A stretch of DNA of 64,000 bases from Candidatus Fermentibacterota bacterium (GCA_963845085.1 CAWJQI010000001.1:192001-256000); one strand, 5' to 3'; shown: positions 19,243 to 29,047, counted from the stretch's first letter. Notes: generated from the sequence alone by a model not told the origin. Numbers and translations are program-made.

Positions 19243-20134
19243 GCTCGATCTGCCTCACTCTTTCCACGGAAACTCCCAGAATTTCCGAAACCCGTTTCAG
19301 TGTTTCCTTTTTATCGCCGAGAAGACCGAGCCTGAGAACCAGAACGGCCTTGCTTCTCTCCGGAAGCGTTTCCAGTGCCTCGGAGATCCTTCGAGCCTCG
19401 AATTCATCGGCCACCTCGACGTGCGGTTGACCAGGGGCGGCAGGGAATTCGTCGAACCCCCTCGCATCAAGGGATACGTACTGATGGTCGAGGAGAGACA
19501 GCGCGATGACCCAGTCCGGTTCGAGTTCCATGCACTGTCCCATCTCCTCGAGGGACGGCAGCCGCCCGTTCGAGGCCACGAATGAATCCAGCAGACCCCT
19601 GGCCTTTGCGCACTTTCGAATGGCGCTCCGGGGAATGCGGACCAGCTTGGACTGACGGCTGACCTCCTCGATGATGAACCGGCGGATCACATACACGGCG
19701 TACGTGCTGAACCCGGAATAGCCCTTCAGATCGTGTCTTCTGGCGGCCATGAGCAGGCCGCGACACCCCTCCTGCAGAATGTCCATGTCTTCAAGGGAGC
19801 CTATCCCGCCCTCGAAATACCGCCTTGCGACATGCAGGACCAGCCGAAGATGCCCCTCGACAAGCTCCGCCTCCATGTCGAGCAGCTCCTCGCGAAGCCG
19901 CCCTATCTCCCCGGCTTTGTCGGCGGGCGCCCTTGTCAGTTCGAGGCTGGCCCTTTCCTGCCACTCGCCTTCCCCGGTGCTATCCTGCCCGATAAGAACC
20001 TCGAGCGATCCCCGGCAGGCCCGCATGCGCTCGAGCAGTTCCTCCCAGTGCCCGACCTTCCTGCAACCGGCCCTGCTGACACAGCGTTCAAAGACGCCCA
20101 GGGCGTCGTCCTCCCGGCTATTCCTTCCCCGCAT
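19178..20134 (-). CDS. Divergent sigma-70 family (RpoD/RpoS-like) RNA polymerase sigma factor
   Basis: Region 2 LVEGHLRLVLHVARRY..DILQEGCRGL..FSTYA, region 3 SKLVRIP, region 4 LPERSKAVLVLRLGL..TLKRVSEILGVSVERVRQIEHDALEKLR. Directly follows dnaG. Confidence 0.88.
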   Translation of the reverse strand: MRGRNSREDDALGVFERCVSRAGCRKVGHWEELLERMRACRGSLEVLIGQDSTGEGEWQERASLELTRAPADKAGEIGRLREELLDMEAELVEGHLRLVLHVARRYFEGGIGSLEDMDILQEGCRGLLMAARRHDLKGYSGFSTYAVYVIRRFIIEEVSRQSKLVRIPRSAIRKCAKARGLLDSFVASNGRLPSLEEMGQCMELEPDWVIALSLLDHQYVSLDARGFDEFPAAPGQPHVEVADEFEARRISEALETLPERSKAVLVLRLGLLGDKKETLKRVSEILGVSVERVRQIEHDALEKLRSHLYPDSQPRLHP

Positions 20135-21794
20135 GCCTCCGCCTGTCCAGTTCGCTTATCTCGACCGCGATCTCCCGAACCTCTTCAGGCGACGCGCCCG
20201 AAAGCTTCTGCTGCAGGCTGCGCTTCAGCGCTTTCAGCCTGTCGCCCTCGACCCTCTTTACTATCTTGTCCCGGTCGCCGGGTTTCATGCCTGTCATGGA
20301 GGAGGCCAGCCTCGAGCAGATGGATCCGTGTTCGGGGGAGAGCAGCCCGAAATTCACGGTCACGCACCCCTCATCCATCTGGGCTCTGAGGGCTTTGTAA
20401 AGAAGCCTTCCCTCCCCGGACCTGAAATCACCTTCCGAAAGCCATCTGAGCAGGCTTGCGTCGATGGCGCCGCCTCCGACCACGGCCGAGATGATGTCAC
20501 GGTCGCCCCTGTCGAGCTCACCCTGCACCACTGCGGACGGAAACCGCTTCTGCTCCCCGCTGAAACTCAGATGGCTTTCAAGCGAGCTTCTGGAGAAGCC
20601 GGTCGAACTCTCGACCTCAAGAAGAAGCTGCTCGCGGGCAAGGGGATCGGACGCCGTCGAAACTATCTCCATCAGCCTTTTTGCGGTCCTTACACCCGCA
20701 ACCCCCTTGGGGAAACCGCCTTCGAGGAGGCAGAGGCAGAAGCCGACCGGTCCTGGAGCGCGTTCAACAAGCTCCATGAACGAATCCATCCCCCTCGATG
20801 CAATGAAATCATCGGGATCCAGCCCGCCGGGAAGCCGCACGACCCGGGGGAAACCGCCGACGGAAAGCAGGGCCATCCCAGCCTTTACGGCGGCCTTCGT
20901 CCCGGCCTCATCTCCGTCGTAGCAGATGACGGTGTCTTCGGCCATGGTGCGAAGCGTCCGGGCCTGGATCTCGGTGAGGGCCGTTCCACAGGTCGCCACC
21001 ACGGACGGGAAGCCTGAGGCGAACACCCTTGCATGATCGAAGTACCCCTCGACAAGAATGACCATGCCGGTTTCCCGGGCGGCGGGAGCCGCGTCGGAGA
21101 AGCCGTAGAGAATGCTGCCCTTGTGGTATACCTCGGAATCGGGGCCGTTCAGGTACTTGGGTCCGGAATCACCCAGCGTTCTGCCGCCGAAGCTCACGAC
21201 CCTGCCGCGCCTGTCCCGAATGGGAAAGGTGAGCCGGTTCCTGAAGCGGTCGCGCCGGCTGTCTGTGCCGGGAAGAAGCAGACCGGACTGCTCGAGCTGG
21301 GAATCACTGTAGCCCATTCCGCGCATGTGCATTGACAACCCCTCGGGGGAGTATCCCACGCCGAGCGCCTGGGCCACACCCGCAAGACCCCTGCCCGCTA
21401 TGTATTCCCTTGCGGCTGCACCCTCGCGGGAGTTGAACCGGTCGACGAACCACTTCTGAGCCTCCCTGAGCGCATCGAACAGCCCGGTCTCGGGACCGCT
21501 CCACGACCCCTTCCGTTCAAGAGTGATGCCGCACTGGTCGGCGAGCTCTTCCAGGGATTCGCGGAATGACAGGTTGCCGTACCTCATAACAAAGGTGATC
21601 ACATCCCCGCCGGCGCCGCAGCCGAAGCAATGCCACGTGCCCGTCTGGGGGAACACATGAAAGCTCGGTGTTTTCTCGTTGTGAAACGGACAGAGCCCCC
21701 TGTGGGACGAACCTGCCTGCTTCAGGTCAACGTGCCTGCCGATGACGGAGAGGATGTCTGAAAGCTGCTTGACCCGCTCAACATCGTTCGACAC
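20118..21794 (-). CDS. dnaG: DNA primase
   Basis: CPFHNEKTPSF..CFGC zinc finger, DRFRNRLTFPI, FGGR, PKYLN, TOPRIM LVEGYFD and CYDGDEAG, DPDD. Confidence 0.96.
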   Translation of the reverse strand: MSNDVERVKQLSDILSVIGRHVDLKQAGSSHRGLCPFHNEKTPSFHVFPQTGTWHCFGCGAGGDVITFVMRYGNLSFRESLEELADQCGITLERKGSWSGPETGLFDALREAQKWFVDRFNSREGAAAREYIAGRGLAGVAQALGVGYSPEGLSMHMRGMGYSDSQLEQSGLLLPGTDSRRDRFRNRLTFPIRDRRGRVVSFGGRTLGDSGPKYLNGPDSEVYHKGSILYGFSDAAPAARETGMVILVEGYFDHARVFASGFPSVVATCGTALTEIQARTLRTMAEDTVICYDGDEAGTKAAVKAGMALLSVGGFPRVVRLPGGLDPDDFIASRGMDSFMELVERAPGPVGFCLCLLEGGFPKGVAGVRTAKRLMEIVSTASDPLAREQLLLEVESSTGFSRSSLESHLSFSGEQKRFPSAVVQGELDRGDRDIISAVVGGGAIDASLLRWLSEGDFRSGEGRLLYKALRAQMDEGCVTVNFGLLSPEHGSICSRLASSMTGMKPGDRDKIVKRVEGDRLKALKRSLQQKLSGASPEEVREIAVEISELDRRRHAGKE

Positions 21795-24124
21795 TACGAA
21801 CCGTCCTTCAAAAGAACGATCGATGCGCCAGCCCCGCCCTCGACGGGGGATGCCTGTGTGACGGCTCTCACCCTGCGGTCACGCTTGAGCCACTGGGTGA
21901 CGCCGGCCATGAGTGCGCCCTTGCCGTGCACGACCCGAAGGCGGAAAAGGCCCGAGACCACTGCGCTGTCGATCCGCTGGTCGAGTTCGGCAACCGCCTC
22001 GTCAACCGTCCGCCCGAGAAGAAGCACCTCGTGGCCTCCCTGGATGGGCGCCCATTCGGAAAGCCGAACCGGTGCCTTCGGAGGGCCGCCATCCCTTCGG
22101 GAAAGGGATGTTACGGGCCGTGTGAGCAGAAAGCTGCCGGAACGAACCCTGGCCGAAGGGCCGTCGACACTTTCCACCATTCCCGGCTGATTCCAGCCCT
22201 CGATGTCCACCCAGTCACCCGGCGACAGCCCTTCGGCCGCCGCAGGCAAAGGTGCGGGAGTGCTTTGTTTCTCACGGGATGCCGATTTGCCTGCCTTCAC
22301 GACGAGGTCCCTGATCTTCCGGCGGGCCTCCTTCGATTCAGCGCGGTCGCCCCCCCCTTTTGCGATCAAAGCGAGGAGCGAGTCGGCCTGGGAGGAGATG
22401 TCGCGAAGTTTTCGCTCCTGCTCCTCCCTCATGTACTCCCCCAGTTCGGTGAACTCGGACAACGCCTTCTCGTGTTCGATCCGTCTTTGTAGGGCGGCCT
22501 CGGCTTCCCTGCGCCTCTCATCCCTGAGCAGCCCGGTCTCCCTGCTCCTGGCCTCGTTCATCTCGGTGAGCGCGGTCAGCAGGTTGTCCAGCCTGAAGGA
22601 GTCGCCGGCGAGCACCCGGGCCTGTTCGAGAACATCACCTGGAATCCCCGTGGCGCCGGCCACTTCAAGGGTGAACGATGCCCCGGGAACGCCGTGCACG
22701 TATGTGTATGAGGGCGTTAGTGTATCGCGGTTGAAGGCGAGCGAGCCGTTCAGGAAGCCAGGGGTTTCCGACGCCATCATCTTCAGCTGCCCCATGTGGG
22801 TGCTCACGAGAACCCTGGCGCCCCGTGATGCGAGCTTCGTGAGAACCGCGGCTGCGAGCGCCGCCCCGGTGGACGGATCGGTGCCGGCCGCCGGTTCGTC
22901 GATGATCGCAAGGGTCGCCCCGTCAGCCTCCACAAGCATCTCCCTCTGCTCGGAGAGGCGGGCGGAGTACGTGCTGAGCTGCTCGGCTATCGACTGGTTG
23001 TCGCCCATGCTGACCAATACCTTTTTGAAGAAAGGCATTGTCGATCCGGGTCCGACGCAGGCACCCAGTCCAGAACGGGACATTATCGAAGCAAGGGCTG
23101 CGGCCTTCATCAGAACGCTTTTTCCCCCCGCATTCGGCCCTGAGATGACAAGAACCTTCCAGGCATCGGGAAGGCAGAGATCACTTCTGACAACCCTGTC
23201 ACGGTCTATCAGCGGGTGTCTGAGACCCAGCAGTCTCATCGGACCCTCGGGCGGGAAAACCGTGTTCTCGCGTGCCTGGTACAGTGCGCGGGCGAAAACG
23301 GCATCAAGGGCAACCGCTGCGGCAAGCCCCCCGGAAAGGGCTTCCTTTTCCGCCCGGACCATCGCAGTTGCATCCCTCAGAATGCGCCGTCTCTCCCTCT
23401 GAAGCTCCATCTCGGCTTCCTGCAAGGCATTGCCCTGTTCGACAAGGGATGACGGCTCGATGAACAGGGTTGAGCCGCTCTCCGAACGGTCGTGGATGAT
23501 TCCGTTGACGGAACCCCTTTTGCCGGAAGCCACCGGCAGCACGAACCTGCCGTTCCGTATGGAGGGCGGTGCATCCCGGAGCACCCCCGACGATGAAAGC
23601 CTTCCGGCTATTTCCGCAACCCTCGATGAAAGCTCCCTGCGAAGGCGGTCAGCCTGCGCGCAAAGTTTTGAATACCTTGGTGATGCGTTGGGAGAAACCC
23701 CGCCTTCGGGTGTTGTTATGCGGTTCAGGTGGGTATACAGCGTTTCGAGGACGGGCAGCTGTTCAACATGGGACAGAAGCGGAACCACGGGGCTGTCGAC
23801 GGCAAGGGCATCGGTGCGGAACCTCCCGAAGGCTTCCGCGGAAAGCCCGGTTTCCCTGAGCTGATCTGGTTCAAGGTATATGGCGCCCCGTTCGATCAGG
23901 GAAAGGCTTTCAGTCAGTGCTTCAACATGAGCAACCGGCGGCAGGAGCCCCATGCCGGACAGCATCCCGGCGGACATGGTTTCCCGCTCCAGCTCGAGAG
24001 CCTCTTCCGGGGAATCAGCCGGATCGAGGGAAAGAACGGAGGTTCTTCCGGGTTCCGACAGGCACCCCCTGGCCACATCCCGGAGGATCCGGGCGAACTC
24101 GAGGGACTCGGGGGCGCCTTCCAT
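21794..24124 (-). CDS. mutS2: MutS2 (endonuclease / ribosome collision factor)
   Basis: LEFARI start, GIIHDRSESGSTLFIEP, Walker A ISGPNAGGKS, LSTYSA, IIDEPAAGTDP, VSTH, coiled coil, KOW-like region, C-terminal Smr VVHGKG. Confidence 0.92.
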   Translation of the reverse strand: MEGAPESLEFARILRDVARGCLSEPGRTSVLSLDPADSPEEALELERETMSAGMLSGMGLLPPVAHVEALTESLSLIERGAIYLEPDQLRETGLSAEAFGRFRTDALAVDSPVVPLLSHVEQLPVLETLYTHLNRITTPEGGVSPNASPRYSKLCAQADRLRRELSSRVAEIAGRLSSSGVLRDAPPSIRNGRFVLPVASGKRGSVNGIIHDRSESGSTLFIEPSSLVEQGNALQEAEMELQRERRRILRDATAMVRAEKEALSGGLAAAVALDAVFARALYQARENTVFPPEGPMRLLGLRHPLIDRDRVVRSDLCLPDAWKVLVISGPNAGGKSVLMKAAALASIMSRSGLGACVGPGSTMPFFKKVLVSMGDNQSIAEQLSTYSARLSEQREMLVEADGATLAIIDEPAAGTDPSTGAALAAAVLTKLASRGARVLVSTHMGQLKMMASETPGFLNGSLAFNRDTLTPSYTYVHGVPGASFTLEVAGATGIPGDVLEQARVLAGDSFRLDNLLTALTEMNEARSRETGLLRDERRREAEAALQRRIEHEKALSEFTELGEYMREEQERKLRDISSQADSLLALIAKGGGDRAESKEARRKIRDLVVKAGKSASREKQSTPAPLPAAAEGLSPGDWVDIEGWNQPGMVESVDGPSARVRSGSFLLTRPVTSLSRRDGGPPKAPVRLSEWAPIQGGHEVLLLGRTVDEAVAELDQRIDSAVVSGLFRLRVVHGKGALMAGVTQWLKRDRRVRAVTQASPVEGGAGASIVLLKDGS

Positions 24125-24126
24125 TC

Positions 24127-25206
24127 CTAACGACCGTCGGGGATGAATGAATCAATCGCGGCCATCTCCTCGAGAAGCTTCTTCTCCCGGCGGCCGGGTT
24201 TCCTTGGAACGTGGATCTCGACCTGCACCAGAAGGTCACCGCGGCCGCGCCTTGAAAGCCTGCCCATGCCAATGCCCCTGACGACGATCCTGTCGCCGCT
24301 TTTGGAGCCCTCCGGAACCTTCACCGGAACAGCCTCCTCGCCGCAGGGGTGCGGGACATGCAGTGATGCGCCCATGACCGCTTCGGGGTACGAGACCCTG
24401 AGCCTGTACACGAGGTTGTCGTCCTCGCGCAGAAAGCTGCCGTAATCCACCCTTCCGATGACCACCCTGAGGTTGCCCGGCGATCCGGCATCACCGGGGT
24501 GATGGCCCTGGCCCCTGAGGGTAAGACAGTGTCCTTCGGAAAGCCCTGCGGGCAGTTGGACGGTGATTGACCTTGATCTGCGGTAAACCCCCCTTCCCCT
24601 GCACTTGCCGCACGGCTTGCGGGGAACTTTCCCGGTGCCCCGGCAGATCTGGCAGGTGGACACGGAACGGAAGGTTCCGAGAAGGGTTCTCCTGTCGCTT
24701 ATAACCCTGCCCGAGCCCTGGCACTGAAGGCATGTCTGCAGCCCCTCGCCCGGGTCTGCTCCGTTGCCTCCGCAGGTGTCGCACGCCTCCATCCTCTCGG
24801 TCCGAATGAGCCTGTCGCCCCCCAGGACCGCCTCGGGAAGGGTGAGCTCGATGGAGACGGTAAGGTCGTCGCCCCTTGAGGCCGACTCGGAATGAAAGCC
24901 GCCGAACCCGAAATTCTCCATGAAGGAACGAAGGGCGTCCTCCATGTCGAACCCGGCAAACGGGCTTCCGCCGTGGCCTCCGGGAGTGTCGTCAACGCTG
25001 CCGTACCTGTCGAAGCGGGAACGCTTTTCCGGTTCGGACAGGATGTCGTAGGCCCTGCCGACCTCCTTGAACTTTTCTTCGGCTTCGTGGTCGCCCGGGT
25101 TTTTGTCGGGGTGGTATTTCATGGCCTGCTGCCTGTAGGCGCGTTTTATGTCATCTTCGCCGGCGTCGCGGGGCAGACCGAGAACTTCGTACGGGTCAAA
25201 TCGCAT
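24127..25206 (-). CDS. dnaJ: Molecular chaperone DnaJ
   Basis: J-domain with YHPDKN, G/F region, four CxxCxGxG repeats. ATG 25206 (or TTG 25209) after GGAGG. Confidence 0.95.
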   Translation of the reverse strand: MRFDPYEVLGLPRDAGEDDIKRAYRQQAMKYHPDKNPGDHEAEEKFKEVGRAYDILSEPEKRSRFDRYGSVDDTPGGHGGSPFAGFDMEDALRSFMENFGFGGFHSESASRGDDLTVSIELTLPEAVLGGDRLIRTERMEACDTCGGNGADPGEGLQTCLQCQGSGRVISDRRTLLGTFRSVSTCQICRGTGKVPRKPCGKCRGRGVYRRSRSITVQLPAGLSEGHCLTLRGQGHHPGDAGSPGNLRVVIGRVDYGSFLREDDNLVYRLRVSYPEAVMGASLHVPHPCGEEAVPVKVPEGSKSGDRIVVRGIGMGRLSRRGRGDLLVQVEIHVPRKPGRREKKLLEEMAAIDSFIPDGR

Positions 25207-25221
25207 CAACAGACCTCCGGT

Positions 25222-25248
25222 GGGGCTTTTCTGCCTGCGAAAAGCCTC
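25222..25248 (-). other. Stem-loop in the dnaK-dnaJ intergenic region
   Basis: Minus strand GAGGCTTTTC-GCAGGCA-GAAAAGCCCC immediately before the dnaJ RBS; no U-tract. Confidence 0.35.
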
Positions 25249-25286
25249 GGGCGGAATCACTTCTCATGAAATCGGGAGCAGGGGCA

Positions 25287-27164
25287 TCACACGCCCGTCA
25301 TGCCCTCAATCGGTTCATCGGTGATTTCAATGTCGTCTATAAGGCCTCCGGCCTCTTCGGCAAGCCGGGTTTCGAACACTTCTATCAGTTTCGACACGGC
25401 TTCGACCTGGATTCTGGTTTTTGCAATCTGCTTTGCGATCGAGTCTGCGTTGTCGCTGTCACGCAGTTCGCGGAGCTTTGCAAGGTCCTCTTCGAGGCCC
25501 TGCCAGGATTCCCTGTCCACCTGTTCCTTGGCCGCCTTGAGAATCTTCGTTGCGTCGTACATCAGCTCGTCGGCCTGGTTCTTGTGGCCGGTCAGGAGGA
25601 TCCTTGCACGGTCGGCCTCGGCGTTGGCCTCGGCCTCCTTCTTCAACCTTGCGATCTCGTCGCTCGTAAGGCCGCCGCTCGGGTTCACCTTGATGCTGTG
25701 GGCGTTACCTGTGTTCATGTCCTTCGCGGACACGTTGAGTATGCCGTTCGAATCGATCTCGAAGAGGACCTCGACCCTCGGCTCCCCCCTTCTCGCGGGA
25801 GGGATGCCCCTCAGCTCGAAGGTTCCGAGACTGCGGTTCCCCTCGGCAAGGTCGCGCTCGCCCTGAAGCACGTGCACGCTGACCACGCTCTGGTTGTCCA
25901 CTGCGGTCGTGAATATCCTCCCCCTGCGCATCGGAATCGGGCTGTTTCTTTTTATGATCGGCGCCATCACCCCGCCAAGGGTTTCCACCCCGAGGGAGAG
26001 GGGTGTGACATCGATCAGGACAAGGTCCTTCTTCTGCCCGGAGAGAACCGCCCCCTCGAGGGCCGCGCCCATGGCTACAACCTCGTCGGGGTTTACGCTT
26101 TGCGCGGGCTTCCTGCCGAATGTCTGCTCGACCAGTTCCTTCACCATCGGGATGCGGGTGGAACCACCCACGAGCACGACATGGTCAAGGTCCTCCATCC
26201 TGAAGCCGGCGTCTTCAACGGCTTTCTGGCAGAGCTCGCGCGTCCTTTCGACAAGGTCCGAGACCAGGCTCTGGAACAGCTTGCGGGTAATGCTTATCTC
26301 CATGTGCACCGGGCCGGAGTCGCCAGATGCGATGAAGGGAAGGTTGATGCTTGTCTCGAGTGTCATGGATAGCTCGCACTTGGCGCGCTCGGCGGCTTCA
26401 CGCACCCTCTGGGGCGCTATCTGGTCACGATTGAGGTCGATCCCCGTCTCGGTGCGGAACTGCTCCATTATCCAGTCGACGAGGCGGCTGTCGAGGTCGT
26501 CGCCCCCGAGGTTCGTGTCACCGCAGGTGGACTTCACCTCGAATACGCCGTTGACAACCTGCAGCACGCTGATGTCGAAGGTGCCGCCCCCGAAGTCGTA
26601 CACCGCTATCCTCTTGCTCTCCTTCGGCTCCATGAAGGCAAGGGCCGCGGCGGTCGGCTCGTTGAGAACCCGCCTTACGGAAAGCCCCGCGATGACGCCC
26701 GCCGCCTTCGTGGCTTCCCTCTGTACCTCGTTGAAATAGGCGGGGACGGTTATCACCGCTTCGGTGACGTCCTCGCCCAGGAACTCCTCGGCGGTGTGCT
26801 TCAGGCGCTGGAGGATGATGGCACTGACCTCGGGAGGCGTGTAGAGACGGTCCATAATGCGAACCGCGGCATCGCCGTTGGAGTTCTCCTCGATCGTGTA
26901 TGAAACCCGTTTCACGAGATCCGACACCTCGGAGAACTTCCTGCCCATCAGCCTCTTGATGCTCGAGATGGTGTTCTTGGGATTGGTGATGGCCTGACGC
27001 TTCGCCACAAGCCCGACAAGCCTCTCACCCTTTGCCGTAAAGGCGACAACTGACGCCATCACCCTCGCACCGGCCTTGGTCTGGATAACGGTCGGATTCC
27101 CGTTGTCCACAAAGGCGATGCAGGAGTTTGTGGTGCCCAGATCAATGCCGATGGTTTTCCCCAA
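25287..27164 (-). CDS. dnaK: Molecular chaperone DnaK (Hsp70)
   Basis: GIDLGTTNS, AVITVPAYFN, NEPTAAALA, VYDFGGGTFDIS, LVGGSTRIP, NPDEVVA, DVTPLSLG. AGGAGG RBS 8 nt before TTG 27164. Confidence 0.96.
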   Translation of the reverse strand: MGKTIGIDLGTTNSCIAFVDNGNPTVIQTKAGARVMASVVAFTAKGERLVGLVAKRQAITNPKNTISSIKRLMGRKFSEVSDLVKRVSYTIEENSNGDAAVRIMDRLYTPPEVSAIILQRLKHTAEEFLGEDVTEAVITVPAYFNEVQREATKAAGVIAGLSVRRVLNEPTAAALAFMEPKESKRIAVYDFGGGTFDISVLQVVNGVFEVKSTCGDTNLGGDDLDSRLVDWIMEQFRTETGIDLNRDQIAPQRVREAAERAKCELSMTLETSINLPFIASGDSGPVHMEISITRKLFQSLVSDLVERTRELCQKAVEDAGFRMEDLDHVVLVGGSTRIPMVKELVEQTFGRKPAQSVNPDEVVAMGAALEGAVLSGQKKDLVLIDVTPLSLGVETLGGVMAPIIKRNSPIPMRRGRIFTTAVDNQSVVSVHVLQGERDLAEGNRSLGTFELRGIPPARRGEPRVEVLFEIDSNGILNVSAKDMNTGNAHSIKVNPSGGLTSDEIARLKKEAEANAEADRARILLTGHKNQADELMYDATKILKAAKEQVDRESWQGLEEDLAKLRELRDSDNADSIAKQIAKTRIQVEAVSKLIEVFETRLAEEAGGLIDDIEITDEPIEGMTGV

Positions 27165-27196
27165 CGCTCATACCTCCTGAAGGGGGATATCGACGC

Positions 27197-27940
27197 CTAT
27201 TCGGTGAACACCGACTTGACCATTGCCCAGGTCGCAGGGGAAAGGTGCTGTGTACCGGGATCAAGCTGATAGACCTGCGCACCCGTTTCCTCGTACTCGG
27301 TAATCCAGATGTACTGGCCGTCCCAGGCGAGGTCCTGCGGGGTTTCACAGGGCAGCATGTAGTAGGAAACCGGCTGCGGGACCATTGGGAGAAGCACGTA
27401 CACCATCGGAGTGTTCTGCATGCTCACGTACAGGTTGAAGCCGTCGAAGGTGAGGCCGGTGCAGCCGGCCGGGCTGTACGGCTGGAAATAATCCAGAACA
27501 CCGCCGCTTGCGGGGTCGAGCTTGTAGATGGTGTTGTTGCTGTAGTTGGTGCTCCAGAGGCAGGTGCCGTCCCAGGTGAGCCCCTCGTTGTTGCTGCCGC
27601 TGGGCGCAGGGATGGAATCAACGGCAAGGCCGGTGTTGACATCGATGAAGTAGATCATCCAGGGATCACACGTTGCCACAAGGTACGTGCCGTCCCATGC
27701 GAGACCGGTGAGCGACCCGGTTGCAGCGCTCGGAGGGGTGATCTGGTCCACCACGGCCCCGCTCGTCGGGTCGATCTTGTAGAACATGTGGTCGGTGTCG
27801 CTGGTGATCCAGAGGTACCCGTCAGCCCAGGTGAGCCCGTCGGGGTTGCCGCCGGGGGCCGGGATCTGGCTTATGATGTCGCCGGGGGCCGCCGCAACGG
27901 CGCAAACAAGAAACATGGAAATCAACAAGGCTGCTCTCAC
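27197..27940 (-). CDS. Secreted beta-propeller protein (YncE / glutaminyl-cyclase-like repeats) with C-terminal TWxxxKxxF tail
   Basis: Sec signal peptide; five repeats of GL(T/A)WDGxxLW..IYKLDPxSGxV; C-terminus LSPATWAMVKSVFTE. Confidence 0.8.
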   Translation of the reverse strand: MRAALLISMFLVCAVAAAPGDIISQIPAPGGNPDGLTWADGYLWITSDTDHMFYKIDPTSGAVVDQITPPSAATGSLTGLAWDGTYLVATCDPWMIYFIDVNTGLAVDSIPAPSGSNNEGLTWDGTCLWSTNYSNNTIYKLDPASGGVLDYFQPYSPAGCTGLTFDGFNLYVSMQNTPMVYVLLPMVPQPVSYYMLPCETPQDLAWDGQYIWITEYEETGAQVYQLDPGTQHLSPATWAMVKSVFTE

Positions 27941-27999
27941 AGTACCCCTCCTTCATTAATGGGTTTCAAACGTAATATCCCTTTGAATCATCCGGCCTG

Positions 28000-28028
28000 A
28001 CAGTATGTTTTTCACGGCCCGGTGTCAA
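28000..28028 (-). promoter_or_regulatory. Sigma-70-type promoter upstream of the beta-propeller / dnaK run
   Basis: Minus strand TTGACA (28028-28023), 17-nt spacer, TACTGT (28005-28000). Confidence 0.55.
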
Positions 28029-29047
28029 CCTTGCATCCCCCGAAGCTCTTCCGGGCTGCCGACCACGCCGTGCTCGCATATGATGCCCGAAATCAGGGCC
28101 GAAGGGGTCACGTCGAAGGCCGGGTTCCATACCGCCGCACCGGGCGCAACGACCATCGAGCTGCCGGAGCCGGTCACCTCGCCGGGATCCCTCTTTTCGA
28201 TCACTATCCCGTCCCCTGTCGGTGTTTCGAAGTCGAATGTGGAGACCGGTGCGGCCACGAAGAAGGGAACTCCCGCCTCCCTCGCGGCGAGCGCCAGCGG
28301 ATATGTTCCAATCTTGTTCGCGGTGTCGCCGTTGAGTGCGATCCTGTCGGCGCCGGTTATCACCGCGTCGACCACGCCCGAGGCAAGCAGCATCGCTGCG
28401 GCGGAATCGGGGATGACGGTGACAGGTATCCCCGCACGGACCATTTCCCACGCGGTCAGCCGGGCGCCCTGAAACAGGGGCCTGGTTTCATCCGCGAAGA
28501 CCTCCCGGAGCATCCCGCGGTTGTGCGCCTCGTAGATTACCGCGAGGGCGGTGCCCAGACCGCCCGTGGCAAGACCCCCAGCATTGCAGTGGGTAAGCAC
28601 CGCGCATCCCTTTCGGAGAAGGCCGGCTCCGTGCCTTCCGATCGCAGCACTGGCTTCGAGATCCTCGCGGTGAAGGCGGCGAGCCGATTCGAGCAGGCGG
28701 CCGACCGCCTCGTCCCTGTTGGAAGTACCGAGCAGGACTTTCTCCTGAATGGCAAGACAATGGAACAGGTTGACCGCGGTGGGCCTGGTGGCGGCAATGA
28801 TACCCATTTTGCAGAGGCATTCCTCATGAAAGGAAGGCCCTGCAGGCGTCGAAAGGGCCGCGATGACGGCGCCGTAGGCGGCTGCAAGCCCGATGGCCGG
28901 CGCCCCCCTCACGGCGAGGGACCTGATGGCGTCAGCCAGGGATTCCACATCCCCGCACACGATGAAGGCTTCGGTCAGCGGAAGAAGGCGCTGATCGAGA
29001 AGCTTCAGTGCATTCCCGGTCCACTCGAGCGTGGGAACGGGCTTCAT
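28025..29047 (-). CDS. mtnA: S-methyl-5-thioribose-1-phosphate isomerase
   Basis: LLDQRLLP, VRGAPAIG, TRPTAVNL, LTHCNAGGLAT, DETRPLFQGARLTAWE, GADRIALNGDTANKIGTY, NPAFDVTP. Confidence 0.95.
   Translation of the reverse strand: MKPVPTLEWTGNALKLLDQRLLPLTEAFIVCGDVESLADAIRSLAVRGAPAIGLAAAYGAVIAALSTPAGPSFHEECLCKMGIIAATRPTAVNLFHCLAIQEKVLLGTSNRDEAVGRLLESARRLHREDLEASAAIGRHGAGLLRKGCAVLTHCNAGGLATGGLGTALAVIYEAHNRGMLREVFADETRPLFQGARLTAWEMVRAGIPVTVIPDSAAAMLLASGVVDAVITGADRIALNGDTANKIGTYPLALAAREAGVPFFVAAPVSTFDFETPTGDGIVIEKRDPGEVTGSGSSMVVAPGAAVWNPAFDVTPSALISGIICEHGVVGSPEELRGMQG

Noticed and set aside
25266..26739. Long ORFs antisense to dnaK
   Set aside because: Long antisense frames opposite hsp70 genes are a well-known artefact.
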